Under the pieces are notes generated by a model. The model did not search any database. It had not been told where the DNA came from and saw only the letters and a program-made list of their open reading frames with translations. A program made the position numbers and the translations under genes. Positions 9,376 through 18,986 of a stretch of 64,000 nt of DNA are shown here, in pieces. Origin of the DNA: Candidatus Omnitrophota bacterium (GTDB lineage Bacteria > Omnitrophota > Gorgyraeia > JAFGHF01). Each line of letters starts with the position of its first letter. Position 1 is the stretch's first letter. The stretch is from assembly GCA_043805735.1 (NCBI GenBank), contig JAZDHS010000044.1:4829-68828 (forward strand), given 5' to 3'.

Positions 9376-10998
9376 ATGCGCACATTTGTCGCGGCGATAG
9401 CCGTAGGGGTGTCTTTTTTCTTTGTCGGAATTCAAAACTCTTATTTTAGCGAAGAAGAAGAACCGCAACAGCCAATCCAAATCTGTTCCTCCCGGGGAGA
9501 CCTGACTTTAGAGGAGACCACTCTTCTTGAACTGGAGGAGTCGGTCAAAACTCTTTCCCAGACCTTTGCCCACTATATTCGCGGCGTGTTATTTGACAGC
9601 GAAAAAAAGATTGATCGCGCCATTAAAGAATATGCCGCCGCCAAAGAACTCGACCCCTCGGTACCGATAATCCATAAGCGTTTGGCGATCGACTATCTGC
9701 GCGCCAGCAAATATAAAGAGGCCGAAGAAGAGCTCAACATTGTCAAAGAGCTTACTCCCCAAGACAGCAGCGTCCGTAAATTCCTAGCTGATTTTTACAC
9801 CGTGCAAAAGGATTTTGCCAAGGCCGCAGCGGAATACGAGGAGTTGCTGCAGCTGGACCCAGAGGATTTAGAGACCCTGGCGGCATTGGCCGACCTCTAC
9901 GTTATTGAGGAGCAGTTCGAAAAAGCAATCGAGATATACCAAACGATTATTGGAAAAAAACCCGGTTCGGCGCAGGTGTTTTTTAATTTAGGCATCATTT
10001 ACACCCGGATGAATAACCTTCCCGAGGCCGAGGCCAATTTCAAGAAAGCACTGGAGCTCGACCCCGAATATTTACAGGCCGAGTTAGCCTTGGCGCTGGT
10101 CAGCGAAATTAACCAAAACCTGCCCGAGGCGATTAAACATTATGAGAGCGCCTTAAAAATTGATCCGCTTAACATTAACGTCTATCACCGCCTGGCCCAA
10201 AGCTACTATCGCGAAAACCGGGTGGAAGACGCCGTTAACCAGTACAGCTTTATCCTCAAACTCAATCCCTATGATGTCGACGCCTATTTGGGCCTGGCCT
10301 ACCTTTACCTTAATGAGAAGCAGTATGCCCAAGGTATTAAAGTCCTGGAAGAGGCCTTGGCCGAAAAAGAACAGTGGCGCCAGACAGTGGACGTCGAGTT
10401 TTTGCCCGAAGAAAAAATCCAAAAACTAAAGAATTTAAAAGAAGCTCAGGCTTATTTGTTGTTGGGTATGGCCCATGCGCAAAGCGAACAGGATGACCTT
10501 GCCCTGGCCGCCTATAAAAAAGCCGTGGAGATCGAGCCGGAAAGCGCCGCCGGATATTTTTATTTAGGCGCCCTCTATGAACGTAAAGACGAACGGGAAA
10601 AGGCCTACACCGCGCTCAAAAAATCGGTGGAATTGGATCAGACTAACGCCGATGCGATGAATTATCTGGGGTATATGTATAGTGAAGACGGAATTAAACT
10701 CGACGAGGCCCAAACGCTGATTGAGAAGGCCTTGGAAATCGACCCCGAGAACGGGGCGTATATTGATAGCTTGGGTTGGGTCTATTTTAAGCAGGGTAAA
10801 CTCGACGATGCGTTGGTCAATGTGCAAAAAGCCACTGAGCTTCTAAAGGATGCCGAAGTTTTTGAGCACCTTGGCGACATCTATGAGCTCAAAGGCGAAT
10901 ACGAAAAAGCTAAAGAGGCCTGGCAGAAAACCCTCGAACTCGATCCGAAGCGGGAAACGGCGCAAAAAAAGTTAGATACGCTGCAAAAGAAAAGGTAA
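9376..10998 (+). CDS. exported/membrane-anchored multi-TPR protein
   Basis: N-terminal hydrophobic segment, many TPRs, NYLGYMY..DSLGWVYFK motif. Confidence 0.85.
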   Translation: MRTFVAAIAVGVSFFFVGIQNSYFSEEEEPQQPIQICSSRGDLTLEETTLLELEESVKTLSQTFAHYIRGVLFDSEKKIDRAIKEYAAAKELDPSVPIIHKRLAIDYLRASKYKEAEEELNIVKELTPQDSSVRKFLADFYTVQKDFAKAAAEYEELLQLDPEDLETLAALADLYVIEEQFEKAIEIYQTIIGKKPGSAQVFFNLGIIYTRMNNLPEAEANFKKALELDPEYLQAELALALVSEINQNLPEAIKHYESALKIDPLNINVYHRLAQSYYRENRVEDAVNQYSFILKLNPYDVDAYLGLAYLYLNEKQYAQGIKVLEEALAEKEQWRQTVDVEFLPEEKIQKLKNLKEAQAYLLLGMAHAQSEQDDLALAAYKKAVEIEPESAAGYFYLGALYERKDEREKAYTALKKSVELDQTNADAMNYLGYMYSEDGIKLDEAQTLIEKALEIDPENGAYIDSLGWVYFKQGKLDDALVNVQKATELLKDAEVFEHLGDIYELKGEYEKAKEAWQKTLELDPKRETAQKKLDTLQKKR

Positions 10999-11004
10999 GG
11001 CTTA

Positions 11005-11847
11005 ATGTCGCGCGCGAAGATACCACCTGGCGATTCCTCCGCAGAGCTCGCCCGGTTAAAAGATAAGGCAAAGCAGATTCGCAGGTTAATTGTCGAAATG
11101 CTGGCCAAGGCCGGTTCCGGGCATCCCGGCGGTTCGCTTTCTTCCGCGGATATTATGACCTGCCTTTATTTTTCGGTGCTGCGTCATAATCCCCAAGAGC
11201 CGAAATGGCCGGCGCGCGACCGCTTCCATTTGTCCAAAGGCCACTGTTGTCCGGTTTGGTATGCCGTCTTGGCCGAAAGCGGCTATTTTCCCAAGGAGTG
11301 GCTCTGGACTTTACGCACCTTAGGCAGTAAACTGCAGGGCCATCCCGACTGGCGGACTCCCGGCGTGGAAGTGGCCAGCGGCTCGTTAGGCCAGGGGCTT
11401 TCGGTGTCCGTTGGGATGTCTTTAGCGGCGCGGCTGGATAATATTGCTTACCGGGTATATTGCCTTTTGGGTGACGGCGAGATTCAGGAAGGCCAGGTCT
11501 GGGAAGCGGCGATGTCCGCCAGCCACTATCGCCTGGGCAACTTGTGCGCCATCCTTGACCATAACGGCTATCAGATCGACGGAAAAGTTTCCGAAATTAT
11601 GAATATCGAGCCGGTAAATGATAAATGGCGTTCTTTCGGCTGGAACACCATCGATATCGACGGGCATGACATCGGCGCAATTTTAAGCGCCTTTGACCAG
11701 GCTAAGGCCGTAACGGATAAACCGACGATTATTATTGCCAAGACCACCAAAGGCAAAGGCGTTTCCTTTATGGAGAATGTCGTTGATTTTCACGGCCGCG
11801 CTCCGACAAAAGAAGAGGCCGCGCAGGCCTTAAAGGAACTCTCATGA
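11005..11847 (+). CDS. transketolase N-terminal subunit
   Basis: SGHPGGSLS, RDRFHLSKGH, GSLGQGLS, GDGEIQEG TPP motif. Confidence 0.94.
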   Translation: MSRAKIPPGDSSAELARLKDKAKQIRRLIVEMLAKAGSGHPGGSLSSADIMTCLYFSVLRHNPQEPKWPARDRFHLSKGHCCPVWYAVLAESGYFPKEWLWTLRTLGSKLQGHPDWRTPGVEVASGSLGQGLSVSVGMSLAARLDNIAYRVYCLLGDGEIQEGQVWEAAMSASHYRLGNLCAILDHNGYQIDGKVSEIMNIEPVNDKWRSFGWNTIDIDGHDIGAILSAFDQAKAVTDKPTIIIAKTTKGKGVSFMENVVDFHGRAPTKEEAAQALKELS

Positions 11848-12773
11848 GTGAACAACAATACGCCCGCGATGCCTATGGCGAGGCCTTAATTGAATTGGGC
11901 CAGAAAAATAATAATATTGTCGCCCTCGATGCCGACCTGGCGTCTTCCACGCGCACCGGGCGGTTTGGTAAAAAATTTCCGCAGCGTTTTTTTGACTTTG
12001 GCGTAGCCGAGCAGAATATGATGGGGGTGGCCGCGGGGTTGGCCAGTTGCGGAAAAATCCCCTTTGTCAGTACCTTTGCCATTTTTGGTTCCGGCCGGGC
12101 CTGGGACCAGGTGCGTAATACCATCTGCTACAATAAACTCAATGTCAAGATTGTGGTTACTCACGCCGGGATTACCGTTGGCCCCGACGGATCGAGCCAT
12201 CAGGCGATTGAGGATGTTGCGCTGATGCGCGCGATCGCCAATATGACTATTGTCGTGCCTTGCGATGGGCCGGAGACAAAAGAGGCAATCTTCGCCGCGG
12301 CCGAATACCCCGGGCCGGTGTATGTACGCCTGGGCCGGGCCAAGATCCCGACCATTGAGAAAAAAAACGGGTTTAAAATCGGCCAGGCCAGGATCATTAC
12401 CGAAGGCGGCGATGTGGCGATTATCGCCTGCGGAATCATGGTCAAGGCGGCCCAAGACGCCGCCGAGCTGCTTAAAAACGAAGGTATTAATGCCAGCGTA
12501 ATCAATATGCATACCATCCGGCCGATTGATAAAGAAGTCATTATTGCTTATGCCCGCAAAACCAAGCGCATCGTTACTTGCGAAGAGCACTTAACGCACG
12601 GTGGCCTGGCTAGCGCCGTGGCTGAAATTTTAGCGGAAAATATACCGACACCGATGAGAAGGATTGGCGTCAAAGAGCGTTTTGGCCAATCCGGGGACCC
12701 GGACGAGTTGCTCAAGGAATATAATCTCTTGCCCGTAGATATTGCCAAAGCCTGTAAAGAACTTATTAGTTAG
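11844..12773 (+). CDS. transketolase C-terminal subunit
   Basis: DADLASST, GVAEQNM, GPDGSSHQ, EEH..GGLAS. Confidence 0.94.
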   Translation: MSEQQYARDAYGEALIELGQKNNNIVALDADLASSTRTGRFGKKFPQRFFDFGVAEQNMMGVAAGLASCGKIPFVSTFAIFGSGRAWDQVRNTICYNKLNVKIVVTHAGITVGPDGSSHQAIEDVALMRAIANMTIVVPCDGPETKEAIFAAAEYPGPVYVRLGRAKIPTIEKKNGFKIGQARIITEGGDVAIIACGIMVKAAQDAAELLKNEGINASVINMHTIRPIDKEVIIAYARKTKRIVTCEEHLTHGGLASAVAEILAENIPTPMRRIGVKERFGQSGDPDELLKEYNLLPVDIAKACKELIS

Positions 12774-12852
12774 CCGGTTTGCGGGTTTGCGAGTTCACGG
12801 GTTCTAATGAACTCCTAACTCGTTAACACGCTAACATGTTAACACGCTAACT
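12769..12852. repeat. inverted array of degenerate 8-bp units
   Basis: GTTAGCCG-GTTTGCGG-GTTTGCGA-GTTCACGG then AACTCGTT-AACACGCT-AACATGTT-AACACGCT. Confidence 0.75.
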
Positions 12853-12855
12853 GTG

Positions 12856-13758
12856 ATGAAAACACTCACCCTCCAAGCCCCAGCGAAACTGAATCTTTTC
12901 CTGCGCGTCTGTAATAAACGCCCCGATGGTTACCACAATATCGAAACTATTTTTGAGAAAATTGACCTCTGCGATACGCTTACTCTCGCGCCGCGGGCCC
13001 AAGGTATTAAGGTGGTTTGCCGCCGTAAGTCCGTGCCCAGCGGCCGGCGTAATCTTTGTTATCGCGCCGCCCAGGCGCTTTTGGCGCATACCCATTGCCC
13101 GCGCGGGGTGGAGATTATAATTAGAAAGCGCATTCCCGTGGCTGCCGGATTGGGCGGAGGCAGCAGCGATGCCGCCAGCGCACTCATCGGTATTAATATA
13201 TTATTGGGCCTTAATGTCCCCCGCAAGGAGCTCTTCACCCTAGCGCAAGGCCTGGGCGCGGATGTCCCTTTCTTTATTATTGATGCTTCCCGGGCCGTGG
13301 GCAGAGGAAAAGGCGAAATACTTACTCCCGTAAAGGTAAAAGCGAAAAATTGGTATGTACTGGCGCTGCCTAAAGGCTTAGAATTCTCTACGCGGGCAAT
13401 GTATCAGCACCCGAAAATTACCTTGACAAAAAGGCCTTATGGTGCTAAAATTATACTTTGCGCATTAGAGAAAAATGACTTAACCGCTTTTGGTAAATAT
13501 AGTTATAACAGCTTTGAAGGAATTCTCCATCAGAAAAATAGAACAGTATTTGCGATTAAAAAGGCCCTCTCGTCTTTGGGTGTACGCGCAGCTTTGATGT
13601 CTGGAAGTGGGCCTTGTGTTTTTGGGGTCGTTGCATCGGGAAAGGAGGCCCAGCGGGTTAGTAAGGCGTTGCGGAAAATCAACCGCACTTGGCAGGTTAT
13701 AGTTGCAAGAACTAACAGTAAGAGGAGGACCACAGAGCATGGAAATCACAGAGGTTAG
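12856..13758 (+). CDS. ispE: 4-diphosphocytidyl-2-C-methyl-D-erythritol kinase
   Basis: APAKLNLFL, RPDGYH, KRIPVAAGLGGGSSDAA, MSGSG. Confidence 0.96.
   Translation: MKTLTLQAPAKLNLFLRVCNKRPDGYHNIETIFEKIDLCDTLTLAPRAQGIKVVCRRKSVPSGRRNLCYRAAQALLAHTHCPRGVEIIIRKRIPVAAGLGGGSSDAASALIGINILLGLNVPRKELFTLAQGLGADVPFFIIDASRAVGRGKGEILTPVKVKAKNWYVLALPKGLEFSTRAMYQHPKITLTKRPYGAKIILCALEKNDLTAFGKYSYNSFEGILHQKNRTVFAIKKALSSLGVRAALMSGSGPCVFGVVASGKEAQRVSKALRKINRTWQVIVARTNSKRRTTEHGNHRG
13423..13451 (+). promoter_or_regulatory. internal sigma70 promoter in ispE, probably for spoVG-tRNA-Gln-glmU-prs
   Basis: TTGACA-17nt-TAAAAT with extended TG. Confidence 0.65.
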
Positions 13759-14179
13759 AATATTTTTACGCGATAATCCGGCAACCAAACTCAGGGCATA
13801 TGCTACTATCACCTTTGACAATGCCTTTGTGGTTAGAAATATCAAGGTGATTGAGGGTAACAAAGGTCTATTTGTCGCCATGCCTTCGCGCCGAATTGAA
13901 GAACCCTGCCCGAAATGTGGAGCAAAGAATGCGCTCAGGAGTAAATACTGCAGTCAGTGCGGCAGCCATCTGCCCCATAAAGAGTTGATCGTGCCCGAAG
14001 TGGAAAGCGCCATCGGTGAAAAAAGCGACCGCCGCTCCGAGCACCGCGACATCGCCCATCCGATTAATATGGAAACCAGGGAGTACATTCAAAGGAAAAT
14101 CCTGGAAGCGTATGAAACCGAGAAACAGAAGAAGCCTGAAGAAAGGCTGCCTGCTTCCGAAGAAATAGAACAGCTCTAG
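13739..14179 (+). CDS. spoVG: SpoVG family nucleic-acid-binding protein with zinc-ribbon insert
   Basis: MEITEVRI, A.ITFDNAFVV, GLFVAMPSR, DIAHPIN; CPKC..CSQC insert; GAGGAGG SD. Confidence 0.9.
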   Translation: MEITEVRIFLRDNPATKLRAYATITFDNAFVVRNIKVIEGNKGLFVAMPSRRIEEPCPKCGAKNALRSKYCSQCGSHLPHKELIVPEVESAIGEKSDRRSEHRDIAHPINMETREYIQRKILEAYETEKQKKPEERLPASEEIEQL

Positions 14180-14194
14180 ACACGGGTATGTTAT

Positions 14195-14269
14195 TGCCCG
14201 GTGGTGAAACGGTATGCACACTGGCCTTTGGAGCCAAGGTTCCTGGTTCGAATCCAGGCCGGGCAACCA
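14195..14269 (+). tRNA. tRNA-Gln(UUG)
   Basis: TGCCCGG/CCGGGCA acceptor stem, anticodon loop CTTTGGA, GGTTCGAATCC, encoded CCA. Confidence 0.93.
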
Positions 14270-14290
14270 ATTTTTAATTAGCAAACACTC

Positions 14291-15601
14291 ATGAAAAATA
14301 TTGTAGCTATAGTCTTAGCCGCGGGTGAAGGCACGCGGATGAAATCAAGCCTGCCCAAGGTATTGCATCAGGTCTGCGGCAAGCCGATGCTGGCCTATAT
14401 ACTTGACGCGCTCAGGCAGATGGCGATTAGAAAAATTATTGTGGTCGTTGGGCATCAGGCGCCTAAAGTAAAAGAACTCTTAAAAAATGACCGGGAGATC
14501 ACCACGGTTATTCAAGCCGCCTTGCTTGGTTCGGGAGATGCGGTCTGGCAGGCGCGCAGTGCCCTCTCGGCTTTTAAAGGCGATGTAGTGGTGGTCTATG
14601 GCGACACGCCGTTAGTCACCCACGAGAGCCTCAAAAATGTCATCCAATCGCACCAGGCGACGGGTGCGGCCTGCACGCTTTTGGCCGCCGTCACCAAAAA
14701 TCCGACGGGATTTGGCCGGATTGTGCGCGGCGACGATAACAATGTAGTGCAAATTGTCGAAGAACAGGAGGCCGATACCTTTCAAAAGGCAATCGGAGAA
14801 ATCAATGTCGGGGTCTACTGTTATAATGCCCGCGAACTGTTTGCGGCCCTGGAACAAATTAAACCCGATAACAAAAAAAACGAATACTATTTAACCGATA
14901 CGATCAAGATCCTCACCGCGAAGAAGGCTCTTGTGCAGGCTGTATCTACGGCTGATGAGCAGGAGGCCTTGGGCATCAATTCGCGCCAGGAACTGGTGCA
15001 TGCCAACGCCGTCCTCAACAAAAGAAACATCGATCTCTTGCTGAAAAGCGGGGTGACCGTGGTTTCCCCTGAGACCACCTTTGTCCATGCCGATGTCGAG
15101 ATTGGCAGCGACAGCGTTATCTATCCGCACACGATTATTGAGAGCAGGGTAAAAATTGGCCAACACTGCCAGATCGGCCCGTTTGCGCGCCTGCGCTCGG
15201 GTTCGGTTCTGGAAGACGATGTGCAAATCGGTAATTTTGTGGAAATAAACCGGTCGAAAATTTCCAGTGGTACGCGGATTAAACATCACAGCTATATCGG
15301 CGATGCCTTAATCGGCAAAAACGTCAACGTAGGGGCGGGAACGATTACCGCTAATTACGACGGCAAAAACAAAAACCAGACCATTATCGAAGACGGGGCC
15401 TTTATCGGTGTCGGTACCGTCTTAATTGCTCCCGTAAAAATCGGTCGGGGTGCCCTTACCGGGGCCGGCAGCGTGGTGACCAAAGGCAAGAATGTCCCGC
15501 CGGGAACAGTGGTGGCCGGTGTGCCGGCCAAGGTACTCAATCCTAAAGGGCGTACCCAGCATTCCTTAAAGCTGGGGTCTAAAAAAGCAAGAGGTGGATA
15601 A
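14291..15601 (+). CDS. glmU: bifunctional UDP-GlcNAc pyrophosphorylase/glucosamine-1-P acetyltransferase
   Basis: LAAGEGTRMKS.LPKVLH, EYYLTD, GAGTITANYDG, hexapeptide repeats. Confidence 0.96.
   Translation: MKNIVAIVLAAGEGTRMKSSLPKVLHQVCGKPMLAYILDALRQMAIRKIIVVVGHQAPKVKELLKNDREITTVIQAALLGSGDAVWQARSALSAFKGDVVVVYGDTPLVTHESLKNVIQSHQATGAACTLLAAVTKNPTGFGRIVRGDDNNVVQIVEEQEADTFQKAIGEINVGVYCYNARELFAALEQIKPDNKKNEYYLTDTIKILTAKKALVQAVSTADEQEALGINSRQELVHANAVLNKRNIDLLLKSGVTVVSPETTFVHADVEIGSDSVIYPHTIIESRVKIGQHCQIGPFARLRSGSVLEDDVQIGNFVEINRSKISSGTRIKHHSYIGDALIGKNVNVGAGTITANYDGKNKNQTIIEDGAFIGVGTVLIAPVKIGRGALTGAGSVVTKGKNVPPGTVVAGVPAKVLNPKGRTQHSLKLGSKKARGG
15538..15582 (+). repeat. REP-like hairpin element copy inside the glmU 3' end
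   Basis: CAATCCTAAAGGG-CGTA-CCCAGC-ATTCCTTAAA-GCTGGG-GTCTAA fits the family consensus. Confidence 0.7.
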
Positions 15602-16539
15602 TGGATAAACTGGCCGTCTTTTCCGGAAACGCTAATCCTAATTTGGCGCAAGAGATCTGCAAATATTTACGGGTCCGCCTGGGTGAGACAGCGGTGACGC
15701 GTTTTAGCGAGGGTGAAATCAAGGTCCAGCTCAAAGAAAATGTCCGCGGCAAAGACGTCTTCCTGATTCAACCCACTTGTCCGCCGGTAAACGAAAACAT
15801 GATGGAACTCTTGATCATGATTGATGCGCTCAAGCGGGCCTCAGCCGGAAGAATTACCGCGGTGTTGCCCTATTATGGCTATGCCCGCCAGGACCGTAAA
15901 GATCAGCCGCGCGTACCGATCAGCGCCAAGTTAGTCGCGGACTTAATTACCACTGCCGGGGCATCGCGGCTTTTGACTATCGATTTGCATGCCCAGCAGA
16001 TCCAGGGGTTCTTCGATATCCCCGTGGATCATCTCTACGCCATTAACGTATTTTTGGAATATTACGAACGGTTAAATTTAGAAAACCTGGTCGTGGTCTC
16101 TCCCGACGTCGGCGGCATCAAGATGGCCCGCGCCTATGCCAAACGCTTCAATGCCGACCTGGCCATTATCGATAAGCGCCGGATTAATAGCGAAGAGACC
16201 GAGGTAATAAATATTTTGGGTGAGGTGCGCGGCAAGAACGCGATTATTGTCGACGATTTGGTCGCTACCGCCGGTTCGCTGGTCGAAGCCGCCCAGGCGC
16301 TTAAAGACAACGGGGCGATCGATATTTACGCGGCTATTACGCACCCGGTGCTTTCCGGCCCGGCCTTAGAGCGGATCGAATACAGCTGTTTAAAACAGCT
16401 GGTGGTCTGCGATACGATTCCGGTTGAAGATTCCAAGAGTCATCCTAGAATTAAAGTGCTTTCTGTAGCGCCTCTATTAGGCGAGGCGATAAAAAGGATC
16501 CATCGTGAAGAGTCGGTAAGTTGTCTATTCGATTCATGA
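15601..16539 (+). CDS. prs: ribose-phosphate pyrophosphokinase
   Basis: PYYGYARQDRK, DLHA.QIQGFF, VSPDVGG, VDDLVATAGS. Confidence 0.97.
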   Translation: MDKLAVFSGNANPNLAQEICKYLRVRLGETAVTRFSEGEIKVQLKENVRGKDVFLIQPTCPPVNENMMELLIMIDALKRASAGRITAVLPYYGYARQDRKDQPRVPISAKLVADLITTAGASRLLTIDLHAQQIQGFFDIPVDHLYAINVFLEYYERLNLENLVVVSPDVGGIKMARAYAKRFNADLAIIDKRRINSEETEVINILGEVRGKNAIIVDDLVATAGSLVEAAQALKDNGAIDIYAAITHPVLSGPALERIEYSCLKQLVVCDTIPVEDSKSHPRIKVLSVAPLLGEAIKRIHREESVSCLFDS

Positions 16540-16550
16540 AAGGTTAAACA

Positions 16551-17276
16551 ATGGAAGAGATAAAACTAAAGGCGCAACTAAGAGAAGAAATCGGTAAACA
16601 AGCGGTAAGGAAGCTCAGGAACAAAGGACTGGTACCGGCCGTGGTCTATCGCGGGGCGAAGGCCGAGCATCTGACTATCTCGGCTAAAGATTTTCAGCAC
16701 GTTATTCATACCAAGGCCGGCGAGAACGTCATTATCCACCTGGATATTGAAGGGGGAAAACCGGAGGCGAAAAGCAAAAAAGCCTTACGGCCGACCATTA
16801 TTAAGGAAATCCAATACCATCCGGTTAAGGGCAATATCTTACATGTCGACCTGAATGAAATTTCGTTGACTGAAGTGATTACGGTCAAGGTGCCCGTGGT
16901 GACAAAAGGAGAGGCCAAAGGCGTCAAAGAGGGCGGGGTATTGGAACATGTCCTCTGGGAAGTCGAAGTAGAGTGTCTGCCGACACAAATCCCGGAAAAT
17001 ATTTCAGTGGATGTGACAGAATTACAGATTGGTGATACAATAATGTTGAAAGGCTTGCGCGCGCCGGAGGGAGTGAAGCTTCTGGGTGATCCCGATGCAG
17101 CCGTACTGGCGGTGGCCGCGCCGTACGTCGAAAAACCGGCGGAAGCACCGCTTGAGGGCGAAGAAATGAAAGAGCCCGAAGTGATCATGGAACGTAAGCC
17201 CAAGGAAGAAGAGGCCGCCGAAGACGCCTCAGGGAAACAACCGGCGAAAGACAAAGAAAAAGATAAAGAAAAATAG
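16551..17276 (+). CDS. rplY: 50S ribosomal protein bL25/Ctc
   Basis: VPAVVY, KEIQYHPV, HVD, GVKEGGVL, acidic tail. Confidence 0.94.
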   Translation: MEEIKLKAQLREEIGKQAVRKLRNKGLVPAVVYRGAKAEHLTISAKDFQHVIHTKAGENVIIHLDIEGGKPEAKSKKALRPTIIKEIQYHPVKGNILHVDLNEISLTEVITVKVPVVTKGEAKGVKEGGVLEHVLWEVEVECLPTQIPENISVDVTELQIGDTIMLKGLRAPEGVKLLGDPDAAVLAVAAPYVEKPAEAPLEGEEMKEPEVIMERKPKEEEAAEDASGKQPAKDKEKDKEK

Positions 17277-17289
17277 CATCGAGCCTCGG

Positions 17290-17868
17290 GTGAAAATCGT
17301 TGTTGGATTGGGAAACCCCGGTATTACGTATTCAGCTACCCGGCATAATGTCGGGTTTGCGCTGATTAAGTACCTCGCCCGGACCGAGAAAATAAAATTA
17401 CGCGAAAAAGCATTTCATTGCCTGTTGGGCCGGGGCACGATTGGTCAAGTGCAGGTAATTTTAGCTCTGCCCCTGACATTTATGAACTTAAGCGGCCAGG
17501 CCTTGGCGGCACTGGCCAAACGCTATAACATTGCGCTTACGGATGTGCTGGTAGTTTGCGATGATGCGGCCCTGCCCTTAGGGGCGATGCGCATCAGGCC
17601 CAGCGGCAGCGACGGAGGGCATAAAGGCCTGCGTTCGATTATTGAGGAACTGGGCAGCAGCGATTTTGCCCGTTTGCGAATTGGTATTGGCCAGCCCCCA
17701 ACTGACGCACACCAGAAGCCTTTAACCGAGTTCGTGTTGGGTAAATTTAGTAAAAAAGAAACACCGGTTATCGAGAAAACGATCAAAGACGCCGCCGAAG
17801 CTATCCTGCTGTGGATTAAAGAGGGTGCGGCGCCGGTGATGAACAGATTTAATCGGAAAGGAGTTTGA
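17290..17868 (+). CDS. pth: peptidyl-tRNA hydrolase
   Basis: VGLGNPG, TRHNVGF, TFMNLSG, GGHKGLRS, RLRIGIG. Confidence 0.96.
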   Translation: MKIVVGLGNPGITYSATRHNVGFALIKYLARTEKIKLREKAFHCLLGRGTIGQVQVILALPLTFMNLSGQALAALAKRYNIALTDVLVVCDDAALPLGAMRIRPSGSDGGHKGLRSIIEELGSSDFARLRIGIGQPPTDAHQKPLTEFVLGKFSKKETPVIEKTIKDAAEAILLWIKEGAAPVMNRFNRKGV

Positions 17869-18176
17869 CTTTGTCAGCATACGAAGCGATGTTTATTTTT
17901 CGGCCGGATATTAATGAGGAGGCGCATAAGGCGCTGGTGCAGGAAATGGAAAACATTATCAAAAACAATCAGGCGACAATTACGGAGTCGCAAATGTACG
18001 GAAGAAAGCAACTGGCCTACGAGATCAAAAAATGCAAAGAAGGCCTTTACCATCTGATTAATTTTTCCGCGCTAACTGGTGTGGTTCCGGACCAGCTCAA
18101 ACATGCCTGCTCGATTAATGAGAGCGTGATCAGGGTGCTCATTTTGAAAAGAGAAGAGAAGAAGCTTAAAGCGTAG
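17865..18176 (+). CDS. rpsF: 30S ribosomal protein bS6 (TTG start)
   Basis: YEAMFIFRPD, GRKQLAYEIKK, VIR; synteny with ssb-rpsR. Confidence 0.92.
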   Translation: MTLSAYEAMFIFRPDINEEAHKALVQEMENIIKNNQATITESQMYGRKQLAYEIKKCKEGLYHLINFSALTGVVPDQLKHACSINESVIRVLILKREEKKLKA

Positions 18177-18191
18177 CAATAGGAGGAGACG

Positions 18192-18647
18192 ATGGCCAAT
18201 TTTAATCGCGTATTTTTAATGGGCAATCTTACCCGTGACCCGGAGCTGCGTTATACCCCCAGCGGCACGGCGGTTACCAATTTAAGGATCGCGGTCAATC
18301 GCCGATTTAAGACCCAGACCGGCGAGATTAAAGAGGAAACCACCTTTCTGACGGTAGTCGCCTGGGGCAAGCAGGCCGAGACCTGTTCACAATTCTTAAG
18401 TAAAGGTAAACCCATTTTTGTCGAAGGGCGCCTGCAGATGCGTAGCTGGGAGACCCCCGATGGCCAAAAACGGAATATTTTGGAAGTACGGGCTTCCCGG
18501 GTGCAATTTTTAGGCCGGCCGGCGGTAAGCGAAAGCCCGGCGGCAGAGCTGAAGGAAGAAACTCTCGACAATATTTTGCAGGACGCGGATGTAAATTTGT
18601 TAGATGAAGAAGAAAAGAATGTTGATTCCAAGGAAGTGCCGTTTTAG
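18192..18647 (+). CDS. ssb: single-stranded DNA-binding protein
   Basis: NRVFLMGNLTRDPELRYT, acidic tail ending EVPF. Confidence 0.97.
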   Translation: MANFNRVFLMGNLTRDPELRYTPSGTAVTNLRIAVNRRFKTQTGEIKEETTFLTVVAWGKQAETCSQFLSKGKPIFVEGRLQMRSWETPDGQKRNILEVRASRVQFLGRPAVSESPAAELKEETLDNILQDADVNLLDEEEKNVDSKEVPF

Positions 18648-18689
18648 CCCAGAGGGGCAGGCCTTACTTTCCATTAAGTAAGGGTCTAA
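18645..18689 (+). repeat. REP-like hairpin element copy starting at the ssb stop codon
   Basis: TAGCCCAGAGGGG-CAGG-CCTTACT-TTCCATTA-AGTAAGG-GTCTAA. Confidence 0.8.
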
Positions 18690-18707
18690 CACTAAAGGAA
18701 AAAACCG

Positions 18708-18956
18708 ATGGTAAAAATGAAAAAAAGAAGACCACCAAGGCAGTTCATCTTAAGAAAAAAGTTTTGTCTCTTTTGCGTGGAAAAATCCCGGGAGATCGAC
18801 TATAAAGATATATCCACGTTGATAAAATTTACCACCGAAAGAGGCAAAATCATTCCTCGCCGCGTATCGGGCGTGTGCGCTAAGCATCAGCGCCGCTTGG
18901 CAATGGCGATGAAACAGGCCCGTATTATCGCGCTTTTGCCATTTGTGCGGCAATAG
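18708..18956 (+). CDS. rpsR: 30S ribosomal protein bS18 (zinc-binding C+ form)
   Basis: [24 protein letters not shown]. Confidence 0.96.
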   Translation: MVKMKKRRPPRQFILRKKFCLFCVEKSREIDYKDISTLIKFTTERGKIIPRRVSGVCAKHQRRLAMAMKQARIIALLPFVRQ

Positions 18957-18986
18957 TGCGTAAAGCTTAAGAATGAGGGGAAAACC

